From the NCBI GenBank assembly GCA_046563655.1, contig CM102287.1, forward strand, positions 6,820,001-6,884,000: a stretch of DNA of 64,000 bases. The letters run 5' to 3'. Positions 12,143 through 40,700 of the stretch are shown here, one piece after another. Numbering within the stretch: the first letter of the stretch is position 1; each line of letters begins with the position of its first letter. Below the pieces are notes generated by a model. The model did no database searches. It was not told the DNA's origin and saw only the letters and a program-made list of their open reading frames with translations. Source of the stretch: Yuukianura sp. NJ FZ-2021 (taxonomy: Eukaryota). The translations under genes were made by a program, and so were the position numbers.

Positions 12143-13326
12143 TCAATGTCGCAGTCTAAGAAAACTTATTTACAAAACCCAAACGACGGCAACCGAACTT
12201 GAGTCAGTATTTTGTTTGTTTGAAAGTTCATACTTTTTTTACCATCATTGCACTGATCGTGTTTCACATGAGTGTTTCTTTTTGTCGATGTCTGCAACTT
12301 TTACTAACTATACAAGTTCGGTTATCGTGGTTACTAAATTTAACAACTGTTGTTAATTAAACGCATAGCACACGTCCTTAAGGATCATCATCGTTTGTTT
12401 CTTTGTTGATGTGAACTCAATCGAACTGAGCAGGAGAAAAGAGACAAGTACAAAAAAATCAACAATTATTAACTGTGACCTTTTAATATGCATGGTAGTA
12501 TTTAAGTTAATGTGGTACTTTTTATGTGCTAATTTTTCACACGCATTCGGGATATTAATTGAATACTGGAATCGTCATTGTTGTGGAGAGCGAGAAACGC
12601 TGCTGCGCTGGAAGCGACTGAAATTGAAGCTAAACAGTAATCATATCAAAATTATCGATGATCGATTGTTGACAAACTGACGACTCATGTTTACTTAAAT
12701 TCCCCTCTTCGTGTTGCTGTTTTTTTTAATTATTAATCTACGAAAGTGAAATACTAATTTCCAATCGTATTTATTCTTGATTGATCCTTACGTAAGATTT
12801 GATTCCTACGATTAAGGAAAACCAAAACTCTCTCCAACTAGTGTACTACTTATAATTTAGTCAGATACGTATTTTTTTCAGACGCTAAAAAAGCAATTTG
12901 GCAATAGCCAAAAAGTGATCAACAATGAAAAACTGGTGGAAGAAAATGTTAGAAAAAAAGTATTGTCAATCACTGCTAACTGGAATTAAAAATTAAAATG
13001 TACGTACTTAAAATTGGAAAGCCAGAAAAGAAAAAATAAAAGCAAAAAAACTACGTATATAAAAAGCAATCCAATCTGCTATGTTACTAGACGTTAATTT
13101 TTTTTTAAATAATTATTGTTAATATTCGAAAAATAAAACTTTTTTTCATTTTAAACGAAGAATGACAAAGTTTTAATTCTGGTATGTCGATCAGTTAAAA
13201 AATAACATTTAAAATCTGTTTGAGAAGTTTTTTTTTTAGAATTACGTTTTAGCAAGGTTGAGTTCATAGATTGTCGAGGAATTGTAATTGTTGATTTGAA
13301 ATGTGGAGGCTTAATTTGGACGTGAA

Positions 13327-13762
13327 TTAGAAGGACTTTGCAATCAATCCGACTGTGAGCAGCAACATAGTGCCGAAGATGCATTTCATGCATGAACCAT
13401 GTTTCGCCGAGGCTCTTGATCCTGGAGTACCACCTTCCTTCGCCATTTTGGCCATTTCTTCTTCCCCACACTTGCTTAGGTTAGGCGGTTCACAACATTT
13501 GTCCTTAATCTTCTTCGCAATGGGAATGTAACTGAAGCCTACTTCTTTCGAAATTCCAATTGGGTTCTTATTAGTATCCACGCCACTCTCAAACGCCTTC
13601 TTCCAGGAATCCTCCGATTTTTTTCCGCCTCCGCAGAAGTCGCCAGAAATTGTTGCCACAATCTGCTCTTTCGTCAATATCAAATTTATCTTGTCCATTG
13701 CAAAAGCCAATGACGCTCAAGGCAATGACACCGAAAAGAGCGACACGCCAAATGCAGCTCAT
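13327..13762 (-). CDS. Small secreted, possibly GPI-anchored Cys-containing protein; frame broken by a 1-nt shift (57 aa as read, ~144 aa if restored)
   Basis: ATG at 13762 gives the signal-peptide-like MSCIWRVALFGVIALSVIGFCNG, then stops at 13589. The +1 frame continues through KIKDKCCEPPNLSKC to a hydrophobic tail IFGTMLLLTVGLIAKSF* (13327). An A7 run at 13618-13624 lies in the overlap, and no usable intron was found. Confidence 0.6.
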
Positions 13763-14206
13763 TCTTGGGTTTGAACAACGTCCAACTTCACGGCAACGAA
13801 TTTCGTAGTAGGCCATGCCTCTAAGTTTCAATTCTTCCGATCAGTGAATCCCGAATTCCGAAAGTTTGGTTTGGTTTACATTCCACGAATATCCATTGCC
13901 ACTCCAGTTCTCTGTAGAATATATCGCTACTATGCATGCATCGCTTTTTTTAGTATTGAGGGTTCTGTCAATGACTCAGTCATTAAAATTTAGTCGGCCT
14001 AAAATTCAGAATTCACGTTCATACAACACTACACACAAGTATTTAGGTCTTATGAAGCAGCGGTAGCGAATGTATTCTCGAAATGAGCATCCATTGTAGT
14101 TTAATTTAAAAGAGGGGGCAAGGGTCAACGGTCAAAGGGGCTTTGAGATCATGAAAATACAGTAAATTGTACAGTGTCTCTGGTGTATGTGTTAACTTAA
14201 GGTTAG

Positions 14207-30195
<15,989 letters not shown>

Positions 30196-32816
30196 TGTCT
30201 TTGGTTTTCGTAAGTGTCAATGGAATGTGGTAAGATGAGTATGGTTTGTATCCATCCTAAACGCAGAGAGAGTGTCCTGGAAGAAACAAAGGAATGAATT
30301 AGAAGTCACAAGTCAAGTGAACTCAAGCGGGGAGATGCAGAATAATTAATTACAATTCAACATCAACAACACAATTAACCCGCACAAACTCATACTGTGA
30401 ACTCAAAATCAAACACTCCCTCGTACTCATTCAAACAATCACCCAATCATACACTTCCGCAAAACAATCAACAGTAACAGTTTCCATTTACTAAGCTCTT
30501 CACTTTATGTCACCTACTCAAACTCAATTAACAACTTCAATTTAAGTTAATTCACACTTTCCAACATTCGACACCTAAAACAACTTAGACTTTTAGAACA
30601 ATTACTTTTGAGCAACTTTACGAATAACGAATCATGTGAACATTTGACACGAATGTCAAAAACAGCTTCAGCAATCCCGAATGTAAATTAATTTAAATCT
30701 GCTCCACTTTAATCGCGTTTGTTCACGTTTTGAATCAGAATTGAAAAAAAATCAAATGCGTCAAACAATAGAGGAAATGAAAACGTAATGAAAAATGTGA
30801 TTTTGAGCAACTTTTCATCTTTAGTATCTTAGAAGGCGGAAAAGAATGAATGCGTAGGTTTCGGAATAAAAATTATTCCGTTTTTTAGACTACGAATTTG
30901 AAAAGTTGAGAGTGAGAAGTATGTCAGCGTCTGAATCTCTTATGAATCGCGAGTTGTATTGGTGAAAGATGTGTTTTTTGAGAGTTGTATTGTTCAGTTT
31001 ATGGTTTAGAATAAGTTAAGAGTCCTACTTTGTATCTGTTCCGGAAGCAGAGAAGCCCAAGAATAGATTGAGATTCAATTGGTATTCTGCATATGGCATT
31101 ACCCGATGTCCCCCAAGGCTCCTTCAACGTACAGTTTGCTCACTGGGTCCAACACAGACGCATTTCCATCTCATCAAACTTCACACTCTAACCATTCAAA
31201 CACACTCTCAAACAAACACTTCACTTTTCGCATCAAAAACTTAACTTTTTCAAACCAACTCAACCAAAACGGATGTCACTCCCAGCACATATTGTCGTAT
31301 CTGAGAGCAAAACGGAAATACTCAAACTCCGAAATTTGCTAAACCTCGACTTCCTTTATCCTCGTGCGTCACTCCCACCCTCGTCAACTAACAAAAGGTT
31401 TTTAAGTGTAACTGTATCTTTCACCAACTTTGTAAAATTTGCACAAACCGTGCCAATTCTAGCTTCAAGATTTTAGCTTTTGTCTCTGCTTGAACTTAAC
31501 TTGGGAAATGATGTTGGAGAGGGAGATGTTTAGAGGGTGCGTGTCTGGAGAGAACTGAAACTGAAAGAATTGAATCCCAAATTCATCCCCGAGGCACCTA
31601 GCCTAACCGTGGCCATAGCTCTCAAGATCTTCCACAATCCACAACAAAGCAACTTTCAACTTCCAACGGGAACCCAAACTTTTCATCCCCCTACTTCCAC
31701 TTAAGGTACAAAAACCAGGTTCAATTATACCCTAAAACAATTCTATTCCCAACAAATTACATCTCAACATCTACAACAAATCAGATCAACCCCTCGCATC
31801 TATCTACAGACTTCTCAAAACGTCAAAAACCATAAATTCTTACAAAATTTCACAGCAGATTGTGCCAAAATAGATTTTTTTTTCCTCGAAAACTCAAAAT
31901 CCATAATCCACTTGTTAATGGTACCGAAAATCAATTAACCAATAGACGAAAGTGAAAAACTTTTTGCAATAGACAACACACAAATGAATAAAAAAAACAC
32001 TTTTGAGGCACACAAAACTCAATTTCCCGAATTCCGATTCCTAAATGCCCATTCAAACTCAACCAAAAATTGACCAGAATTCCTATTCAAAAAAGTCAAA
32101 GATTTTCAACAATAAAAATGTAAGCAAAAGATTCAAAAAAGAAGAAACCAGCTCAAAAATTCTTTTAGCTCCAAATACAAAGCTTTTTCTCACAAATCCA
32201 AAAACCTTGCCCTAAAACCTTCACAGACTGAGTTTGTGTATGAACAGAAGGAAGAATGGCTAAAGAGGGTGGAATTCGGAGATCCTGAGAAGATGGGGAC
32301 GCAGTTTGAGCTGGTTGTGATGGGATTTGAGGCAGAAGAAGCGGAATGTCCCCTGGTGTCCGTGAATCTCCTTAAATAGGAAGAATAAAAGTCAAAGGAC
32401 ACAACTTCCGCCTCTGCCCTAATCCAACAGAGGCACAATTTAGCAAGAGGGAATGACGGGTGGGCAGAGGAATAAAGGAAATCCATCCTCTGTCATTTGT
32501 CACCAGAGATCACAATCCAAATAACAACCTCCGCTTTTACACGGTTCCATTCAAACACGTTTGAACAAGGAAACGGTTATTGGTAGGACAACGACTAAGG
32601 CCTATTTCACACCTCAACAAATCACACAACAACACCAACAATTTCCAGTTCAAAATGACTCAAGGACAACAAAGGAATACTGCGCAGCGCACAAACTTAT
32701 TCTAGAGTCAAAATTATTTTCAAAAAAAAAATGTTACGTTTTAGATTTCATTTCCAACTTTGATTTTAAAAATGGCGGATTTTACTTGACGCAAATTCTG
32801 CTTCTAGAATCCAGGG

Positions 32817-34111
32817 ATGAATCACTGTCGAGAAGCTGCTCACTTTTTTGTTTGCATTTATATCATCGTAAGACCCGCATTTTCAGAAAAAGAACTTTTA
32901 AAAAAATCTAATTTTTCAAAAGTGTGATACTAAAATGCAAAAATTAAAAATTTTGAAAAACTACTTTCAGCTGCTCGGAGTAGCCACGGTGTACTTGTCT
33001 GTCGGATTTCCGTGTAACCCTTGGGCCGACGTGTCGTGGATTCCCGACAAATCCCGAGCAGATTCCGAACCCGGTATCGGCAGAATCGTTCCATCGGTAA
33101 AACTCGGAGGTTGTTGGAGAGACTGCGAAGCATATGCAATTCGCCTCTACCTGGCTTTGAACCCCGGCTACCCTCAAAACAACTCCAGAATAGCCCTCGT
33201 CCAGCACCTTCTCGCTCCCATTCAGCCGAATCCATTTTGCTTCTCTCCGCCTCTGAGATCTCTACTCCAAATGGACCAAAACCCATTCTGCTCTTCCGAG
33301 TCTCAAAATACCCCAAGTAACATTGACCTCCAGCTCATGACCAACAAGGATTTCAAACTCAAAGTGCGGGAAAGTGCACGCGTACATTTAATGGTCGTGT
33401 CTTCTCTTTGTCTCGACTGCATTGTCGTCTCCCTCGGAATTATTTTGATCTACATCTCAACGCTCGTAGGTTTTTAATATTTCAAAATTTTAAAAATTTC
33501 AAAAACTATGAATCCAGTTTTCTTAATTTTTTCAGGAAAGCGGTCAGCCATATACCGTGTCCTATGCATTGACCGTACTGAGTCACGTTGGTAGCCTCTT
33601 CCTATCAAGCTACGCATCGCGCTGGCTGTCTTGCTCTCCGGTTGACACAAGACAGCGATTTTGCGACGGAACGCAGAGCACTTACGACGCTGAATCTGAG
33701 CCCCACCTTCCTGATAAGGCCTCGGGTGTATCCAACTACGAAATATCTCTCGTAAGTCAACCAACCTAAACTTTTCACTTTTTCAAGAAAATATATCAAA
33801 ATTTCGAAATTCGAAATTTAAATTCTCGAAAAATCATTTTCTGGTTTCTCCAGATCATCAAGAACATCAACTTGGTGTGTATCGCTATGGCGGGCTTGAT
33901 TGAATTTTCACTTCGAAGGAGCTTTGCCGGGGCAGTGGTGGCTCCAGTTCCGGTGGCTCCTCGTGACCCGCCCCACCCAGCCGAGGACGGAGATGGTCGT
34001 CTTCTGATTCTCGCCGCTCGCGCTGCTGCTGCCGCCGGTGGGAACCGTCGCCTCGGCCTTGAAGATGTTGATGACGATAGTTCTGAAGACAATTCCCCAG
34101 CGGATCTCTAA
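32817..34111 (+). CDS. Divergent four-transmembrane claudin/PMP22/Clc-like protein, ~339 aa, 4 exons
   Basis: Exons 32817-32867, 32971-33465, 33536-33751 and 33854-34111 (all phase 0, GT-AG) give a 1020-nt open frame. TM1 FFVCIYIILLGVATVYLSVGF is followed by W...GGCWRDC (resembling the claudin W-GLW-C-C motif), TM2 LMVVSSLCLDCIVVSLGIILIYI, TM3 YTVSYALTVLSHVGSLFL, TM4 YEISLIIKNINLVCIAMAGLIEF, and an acidic tail ending ADL. Confidence 0.75.
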
Positions 34112-37100
34112 AGAAGCCACCTTTTTGGAATCCAATAAAACATCTTTTGCTACAGATCTCATCTGGATCTTTTGAGTTTCTACAAGTAGTCTAAAAACTC
34201 CCATCTTCTCAATTTAATTTAGCCTACTACCTTCATCTCTTAGTGTAGACTTATCTCTGAAGTTGAAGAGGGGAGATGAAAGTAATTGCTGCTCCTTCCC
34301 CTGAGGCAACTTCACTCCGCTTTTCGGAGTTGGATCCAAAGCACGTTTGACTTTCAGAAGATGGAAGTTAGGACTCTCACAATGGTAACTTTTAAGAGAG
34401 AAGTCTAATGACAGAGTCCGCTTCCATGGAAATTAGGATCTTCCCCTCCTCACCCAACAGGAAATTACTTTGTCATCAATTTTTATGCATTCCCTCAAAA
34501 ACTGCCCATTTCTTACAACTCTCAGTCTTCAGTCGCATCATCTCCACCGCTCATCTTCAAACCTACAAGGGACACGCTACACCCTAAACCCGTGAAAACC
34601 CGTGTAACTCTGGCAGTATCTTCGCATCTTCTTTATTCTTTGTCTGTAAGTCTCTCGGGGGCAACTAGAGACTAGGATCCATCTCTATGCAAATCCACCA
34701 TGTCTCAACACTATCACCAACAACCACCTCGGAATAACAACAGACACAACTACACAAAACAATTACAAAGTCTCCACTACGTTAACATTTACATTCACAT
34801 TAGCAGTTACTCCCCACCCCCTCATTATACCCCTCCCGCTTACACTCCCCAAAATGTATACGAGGCTTCGGAGGGTATGACAAAAGACGAAAATTAAACC
34901 CATAACAGTTACCCCGTCTCAACCAGAAGTCAACGTAGTAGTAACCATCGTTGTTCCAAAACGTAACCATTTTTCATCACATCCAAAAACTCATAACCAC
35001 AAAGGTCACCATCATCTCAGAAGTGGTTACGGAGGTTATAGGTTACCTTTACCCCCCATCCCCTCCTGTGTTCATGTCAAAGACAATTGAGCTGGCTTGG
35101 AAGGGACCACCACCATCATCATCATTTTCATTTTCTCTCCAGGATCCATTCCAGAAGTTGGTTTTCGAAGGTCAAAGGTCACAATTTCTCTCCATCATCT
35201 TTTGGGAAATTGGTTAGAGTGGAGACAAAGGTGTGTTGGATTGTTCCTTGGACGGAGACATAGTGCTTAGGTTATGATGGAGGTTCTTATGATGATTGAG
35301 ACAAAGTCATCTTGGGAAAGGAAAGCCAAGAGCAAGTTGGGAAAAGTTCCAGAACCAATTCCAAACAGAAACAGAACCATTTTCTGCATCGACTTCCAAA
35401 TCACATCCTTCGGAAGAGTGGAAATGGAAGTTAGGTTAGCCTAAAGTTAGGTTATATGATGGGAAGAGCCAACGGCGGTTCATCTCCAATCTCAATTTCA
35501 ATAACCAACATACCCGTCCCCTCAAGCATCACAACCACTTTCTCCCACCACTTCAAAATAATCTCATCAAAAAAATCATCTTCATCATCACTACCAAAAA
35601 TTTACAGAATCATTCCATATTTGCCAAAAAAAAAATCAGAAAATGAAGTTACTAGGCTGCTGTGACAAGTTAAGTTTAAGTTACGAATTGAAAATTTTCT
35701 GCTCCAAAAACTTTCACCTACTTTCTCCCAATTTCGTCAAAATCTAACGAAGTCCCAAGGGTTGCGCGCATGCGCAAATCTTGTATAACGCGCACCAAAA
35801 ACTACTTTTCCCTAAACTCGGAAGTTAACAATGTTTCCGTCATGCACACACTATTCATTCATTATTCATTTAACAACTAAACATTCAGTTTACATTGCTC
35901 ACCAACATTCCATCTTTTATTCATAAATGCATAACTTTTACAACAAACACGAAATTTTTAAATTTCAAATTTTCCAAAATTCCAAATTTCCAAATACTAG
36001 TTACTCTACTTAACAAAATTTGAAGTTTTAATTTTACTGTTTTCTCTGTCTCAAATTTCCATAATTTGGTCCATTATCCTCTACTTTCCTTAGGCCCGTT
36101 AGTCCCACTTTAGTCTCATTTTTTTCTTGGAACTGTTGTTGGTAAGCTTTAGGAAATGGGGAGTTGATTGCCTTCCTAATTCCCTTGACTTTTGTGGAGC
36201 TCATTGGCCTCTCTGCTTATGAGTCCTTTGATGTTTTAATCCCATCCACAACCTCATAAAACTCCACTTTCCACTTTGCACACTCAACAGCCTTACTTCA
36301 ACCAAATGAAAGTCATAAAAGCACAAGGGACTTTGTCCCTTGCAACTTGCAACACGCAGGGCCCTTCAAGGGACACCTTGACAGGGAAGGGTCCTCCTAA
36401 TTTACAACACTACTCAAATGGAGAGAGCCCTACCAAGTCATAAAACTAAAACTGAGACACAGAAACCCTTAGCAAAACTCACTACATCCGCTATGATCCC
36501 TCATAAAAGCTATAGGGAGTCGTAAAGTGAAGGGAATTAGCAACACAAATCCACAATGCGAGACGCTCAAACACAAATTCATAAATTATATCCCTACAAA
36601 ACACTAAATTTTTCATACCAAACAAGCCTTCTGTCCTAATGCTAGTACTCAAAATAACAAAAAATTAAAAACTCAAAACTAACAATAAACTTTTTGTTTT
36701 TGTCATGAAACGCAAGCGTCGAACCACTCCACTTATTGTGCAACATTTTGCAAATTCTATATCTTTTTGAAATTTAACAATTCCACTTTTCCCGGAACCA
36801 TGTTCTAAAAAAGAAATAATTTTTTTATGGAGAATAAAAAGTTCTTTATGAAAAAAAAATTTATGGATTTTTTTTTCCAGTTTTAACAAAAAATTGAAAA
36901 AATTAATGTGTACTTTACAAAGCGGCTTTTGGTACTCAAAATTTCCATTTTTTCAGGGTTCAATTCTTAGTTCCTTTGAGACGCTTGGAGCAATTTGAGG
37001 AAGGAAGAGAAATTGAAGCTATTTTCTCTACTAATGCCTCGAAGGAGGAAGCGGACGAGAAAGTACCTTTCTCCTCTTTTTTTTAAATTCCCCTCCTCTA

Positions 37101-37369
37101 CTCCTCCCGCGTTTTAAATTTTATTCCACTTTTGAGTCTGAATCCATCATAAGGACGATGAAGAAGGGAAATTCAAAATTGGTGCGGAAGGGAAGCAGAA
37201 GAAAGAGAAGATCCTTGTTGAATTTCCTTGGGCAGAGGGAAAGGGAGCGGGAAAGGAGATTTCTCCAGAGACCCATATTTAAACTGCAACACAACTTTCC
37301 CTTCGAGAAGAATAAAACCAACAACCCCACCCACTCCGGAATTACCCCCAACTTAGTCATTTACATGAA

Positions 37370-37712
37370 CCAACCCCCGCCCCCTCCTCCCGTCATCCGT
37401 CTCTCCCCCAAGCATCTTTGCCCCCCGTCATACCCCCACCAAGGGAGAAGGAATTTGGGCCTCCCATACCCCCATAACACGAGGGGGAATTTGAAACCCG
37501 CTCTTATACCCCCATAACAGGAGGAGGAATTGCAAACGCCCCCCTTCACATACCCCCATCAAGGGAGGAGGAATTTGAACCCCCCCCCCCCATACCCCCA
37601 TAACACGAGGGGGTATGGGAGGGATTGAAAGGATTGAAACCCCTTCTCATACCCCCATAATGGGAGAATGAATCTGAACCCCCCCCCCCTCCGCCATCAG
37701 TAGGGGGGGGGG
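37370..37712. repeat. Degenerate C/G-run minisatellite (CATACCCCCA(TA)A...GGGAGGAGGAATTTGAA, ~40-bp units)
   Basis: About 7 imperfect copies of CATACCCCCA followed by a purine-rich block, with C10-12 and G11 runs. Confidence 0.75.
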
Positions 37713-40700
37713 GTGAAACAAGATCCACTGTTCCACTCCATCGGAATCAAAATGCAGTTTAGAATCACACTTCGTCATCGTAAGAGCGGATCAAGCAGCA
37801 GCAGAACGCAAAGGAGAAAAGTGATCCCAAAATCCAATAATAAATTACAGCTCCTGCCATGCATTGGAGCTCCAATACATAAATCAGACGAGGACTTTTC
37901 TCTCCTCTTCCTTCAAACACAAAAATCAATTCAGAAAGGATTGAGACCTTCAAGAAAAGCGCGTAGCATGGTCCCCTTTGTTTCCTGGACAAACTGAGAA
38001 AGATTTTAGCTGCGGGAATCAATAGCCATAACTCTCCTGACCCATAAACCAAGGGGCATAAAACAATTGAAGTGATCTCAGCTCCCGCAGTAGTTGCCCC
38101 ACATTTCCCTCTCCTTCCATAGAATTTTCCTGTTGGATTATTCATTTCCCCATTTATTATTTTCCACTACCCATAACTCCTCATCAAACCTTCCGCACGG
38201 ACACAAAAACAAAGAAAAACCGCTCGAAAACTAAAATAATGGACATGGACACTCTGTACGTACAGAGTGGTTAACAACGTTTCTCAAAAAATGTACAAAG
38301 TCACTCGCATGTGCTCCCTAACTGTTCAGAAATTCTGTGCTTTTTGGCTCTAGAAGTTTTAAAAGTGAAGAGAAAGTTTGGATTCTGAAGTGGCTTCCAC
38401 TGTACTTTCCAAGAGAAAAGACTAAACAAAGGAGAAAGCCCTAAATTCCAATTTTTAAGACTTTAACTCCCTCGCCTCTCTCACCCCCACGAGGGGGGTT
38501 GGGGGGAATTTAAATGGAAAATTCACCAAGGCCAAACCCCAATCTCCATCCACTTCAATTAGGTTTGGACTCAACCTCAACCTAAATAACCTAATTCCCA
38601 CTTCCACCAACGGAACAAACTAACCTAACATAGCCTAACTTCCCACTCAACTCCACAACTACCCTTCCAGAACATGAATATTCAAAGATTTCCGAGGTCG
38701 CAGGGGGCAAGTTAATTTTAACACAATCTCTAGTCTTCTTCTCACCAAAATTCTTCTACTTTCTCCAAAATTCTCTCTCGAGGAGTTTTCTCTTAAACTC
38801 AAAAGTTGGTTCTCCCGTTACGCGCTTGTTCTTAATTCTTTATGTAAAGACGAGGAGAAGGAGGAAGTTGCGAGGTCTTGTGAGTTACATTTATGTAGTG
38901 CCATGAAACGCAGGAAAATTTGAACTTTGGGTGGAACCTTTGACCAAGTGTAGAAGCAATATTCTCTAAAAGCATCATTTCGTGGCGATTGTGATCTAAA
39001 TGACGAGCGTTGGGGTTGAGTTTGGCTCACTAATCCTCTCTCCCTCTTCTCCATGGAATTACTCAGCCGAGTCAATAATCTTCTCCACTAAATCCCACTT
39101 TCCCAATTATTTCAACTTCTACCCCGCCCCTCCTACTCAACAGGAACTTCGGTGACCCCGGGAGGGTGGGGATGAACAAAAGTTGACCTGGCGGTGGGTG
39201 GTGGTGGGTTCTGTTCTAATGAAGTGCCAGAAACAAAGTTTGGTTTGATGTCCTGGAGGAATGGGGTCCAAACTTTTGTGTAAAAGTGAAAGACTTTGGA
39301 AGTGGAGAGAGAGAAAGTAAAAGCGTTAAAAGAGTTAAGAGTTGGATCTGGTAGAAAGTCATAAAAGTATCTCCAACCCAAATCTAATTACACTCAAATC
39401 CACACTAGAAGGAAAACAATGAAAGTGGAAGTGAAAGTGAAAGGAGCAGATAAAAGACCGAATGCCAACGGAAAAGACGCTTCCTCTCCCAAAGTTGTTT
39501 CAGTTCCAAAATAGTTCTGTTAAGTCCAACGCATTCCTCGTGGCAAATGGTTGGAAATGGGCTCATTTCAATTACAAAATCCAATTTCAACTTTCCCTCT
39601 CAAATTACTCTCCCACTACAACATTAAGGACCGTACTTAACATTTTCCCATTCCCAAACAAAAAACAATTCAAAACACTCTCAACTTTACACACATCTTT
39701 ACAGTTTCACTTTCTTTTCTGCTTTTCACAAAAACTAAACTCAACGTTCAAAAAAACGTTTTCAGATATTTTTTAAAAGAAACTAATTTGCTTTCTCTAA
39801 ATTAAAATTTACACTTACCTAAAACGAATTGACAAATGTTGAAATATTTCGCGTTTTGGGATTTTTTTTTTATTCTGAACTGACTAAACTACTATGCAGC
39901 TTCGACGGAACTGAAAAAATAGACGCTTTAGGCTCGCTTTAAAAACTCAGAAAAACTGAACGGCGCTGAAACAAAACATTTTGTCTCCTTTTTGAAAATG
40001 TCGTGCGCAGTAAGCTTATGCATTAAAACGTTGTTCTCAATTTCAAATGTTTCCCTCCACTTGAACAGCAGCTTGCTCACCTGAATAACTATCATTTGTT
40101 GATTTTAGTTGGGCGGAATTTTCAAATCCTTCAGTTCAACTGTAGGGTGTAATGCATTGGAGTGAAAGTTCATAAAAAGAGTTCCCGGGTGATAGAGTGA
40201 AAGGGAGACTCGGAATAATAGACATGGGAATGTGTCTGTCGAGCATTCCCTAACCTAACTGCTTTCCAACCTAACCTAACCTATTCATTTCCACGGACAA
40301 ATTTACTTTCTCTTTACATTCTGACAGGAATTGCTCCTCATTCCAGTCAGTTCTCTCTGCATTCCAAACACTCTAACATAACATACACCTACTTTCATGT
40401 AATTCAAATTGTCCACTTTAAGTGTCAAATAATCACACATGTCCACTCTAGCATCTGACAAGAGGTCAATTCAAGTCAAATGTTTGTCCTACCAAAAACA
40501 AATCCAAATTCCAAAATTCAGGATAAAAATTTGGATAAAAAAACACCCTTTGTCAAAAATCCTTACTTGGTTTAAACATCAAAACTCAAAATTTCAAAAA
40601 ACTGGAAACTTGACTCGAGCTTAAATCCCCGCTCTTTTTTTATGGCACAATTCCACTATGGATTTTTGGATTTAAAACCCCCAAAAAGAGAAAGTGCGCT

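Noticed and set aside
40250..40283. Interstitial arthropod telomere repeat (CCTAA)n, also near 35431, 38621 and 53031
   Set aside because: Only 2-3 units each. Such short arrays are common in arthropod repeat debris and are not evidence of a telomere fusion.
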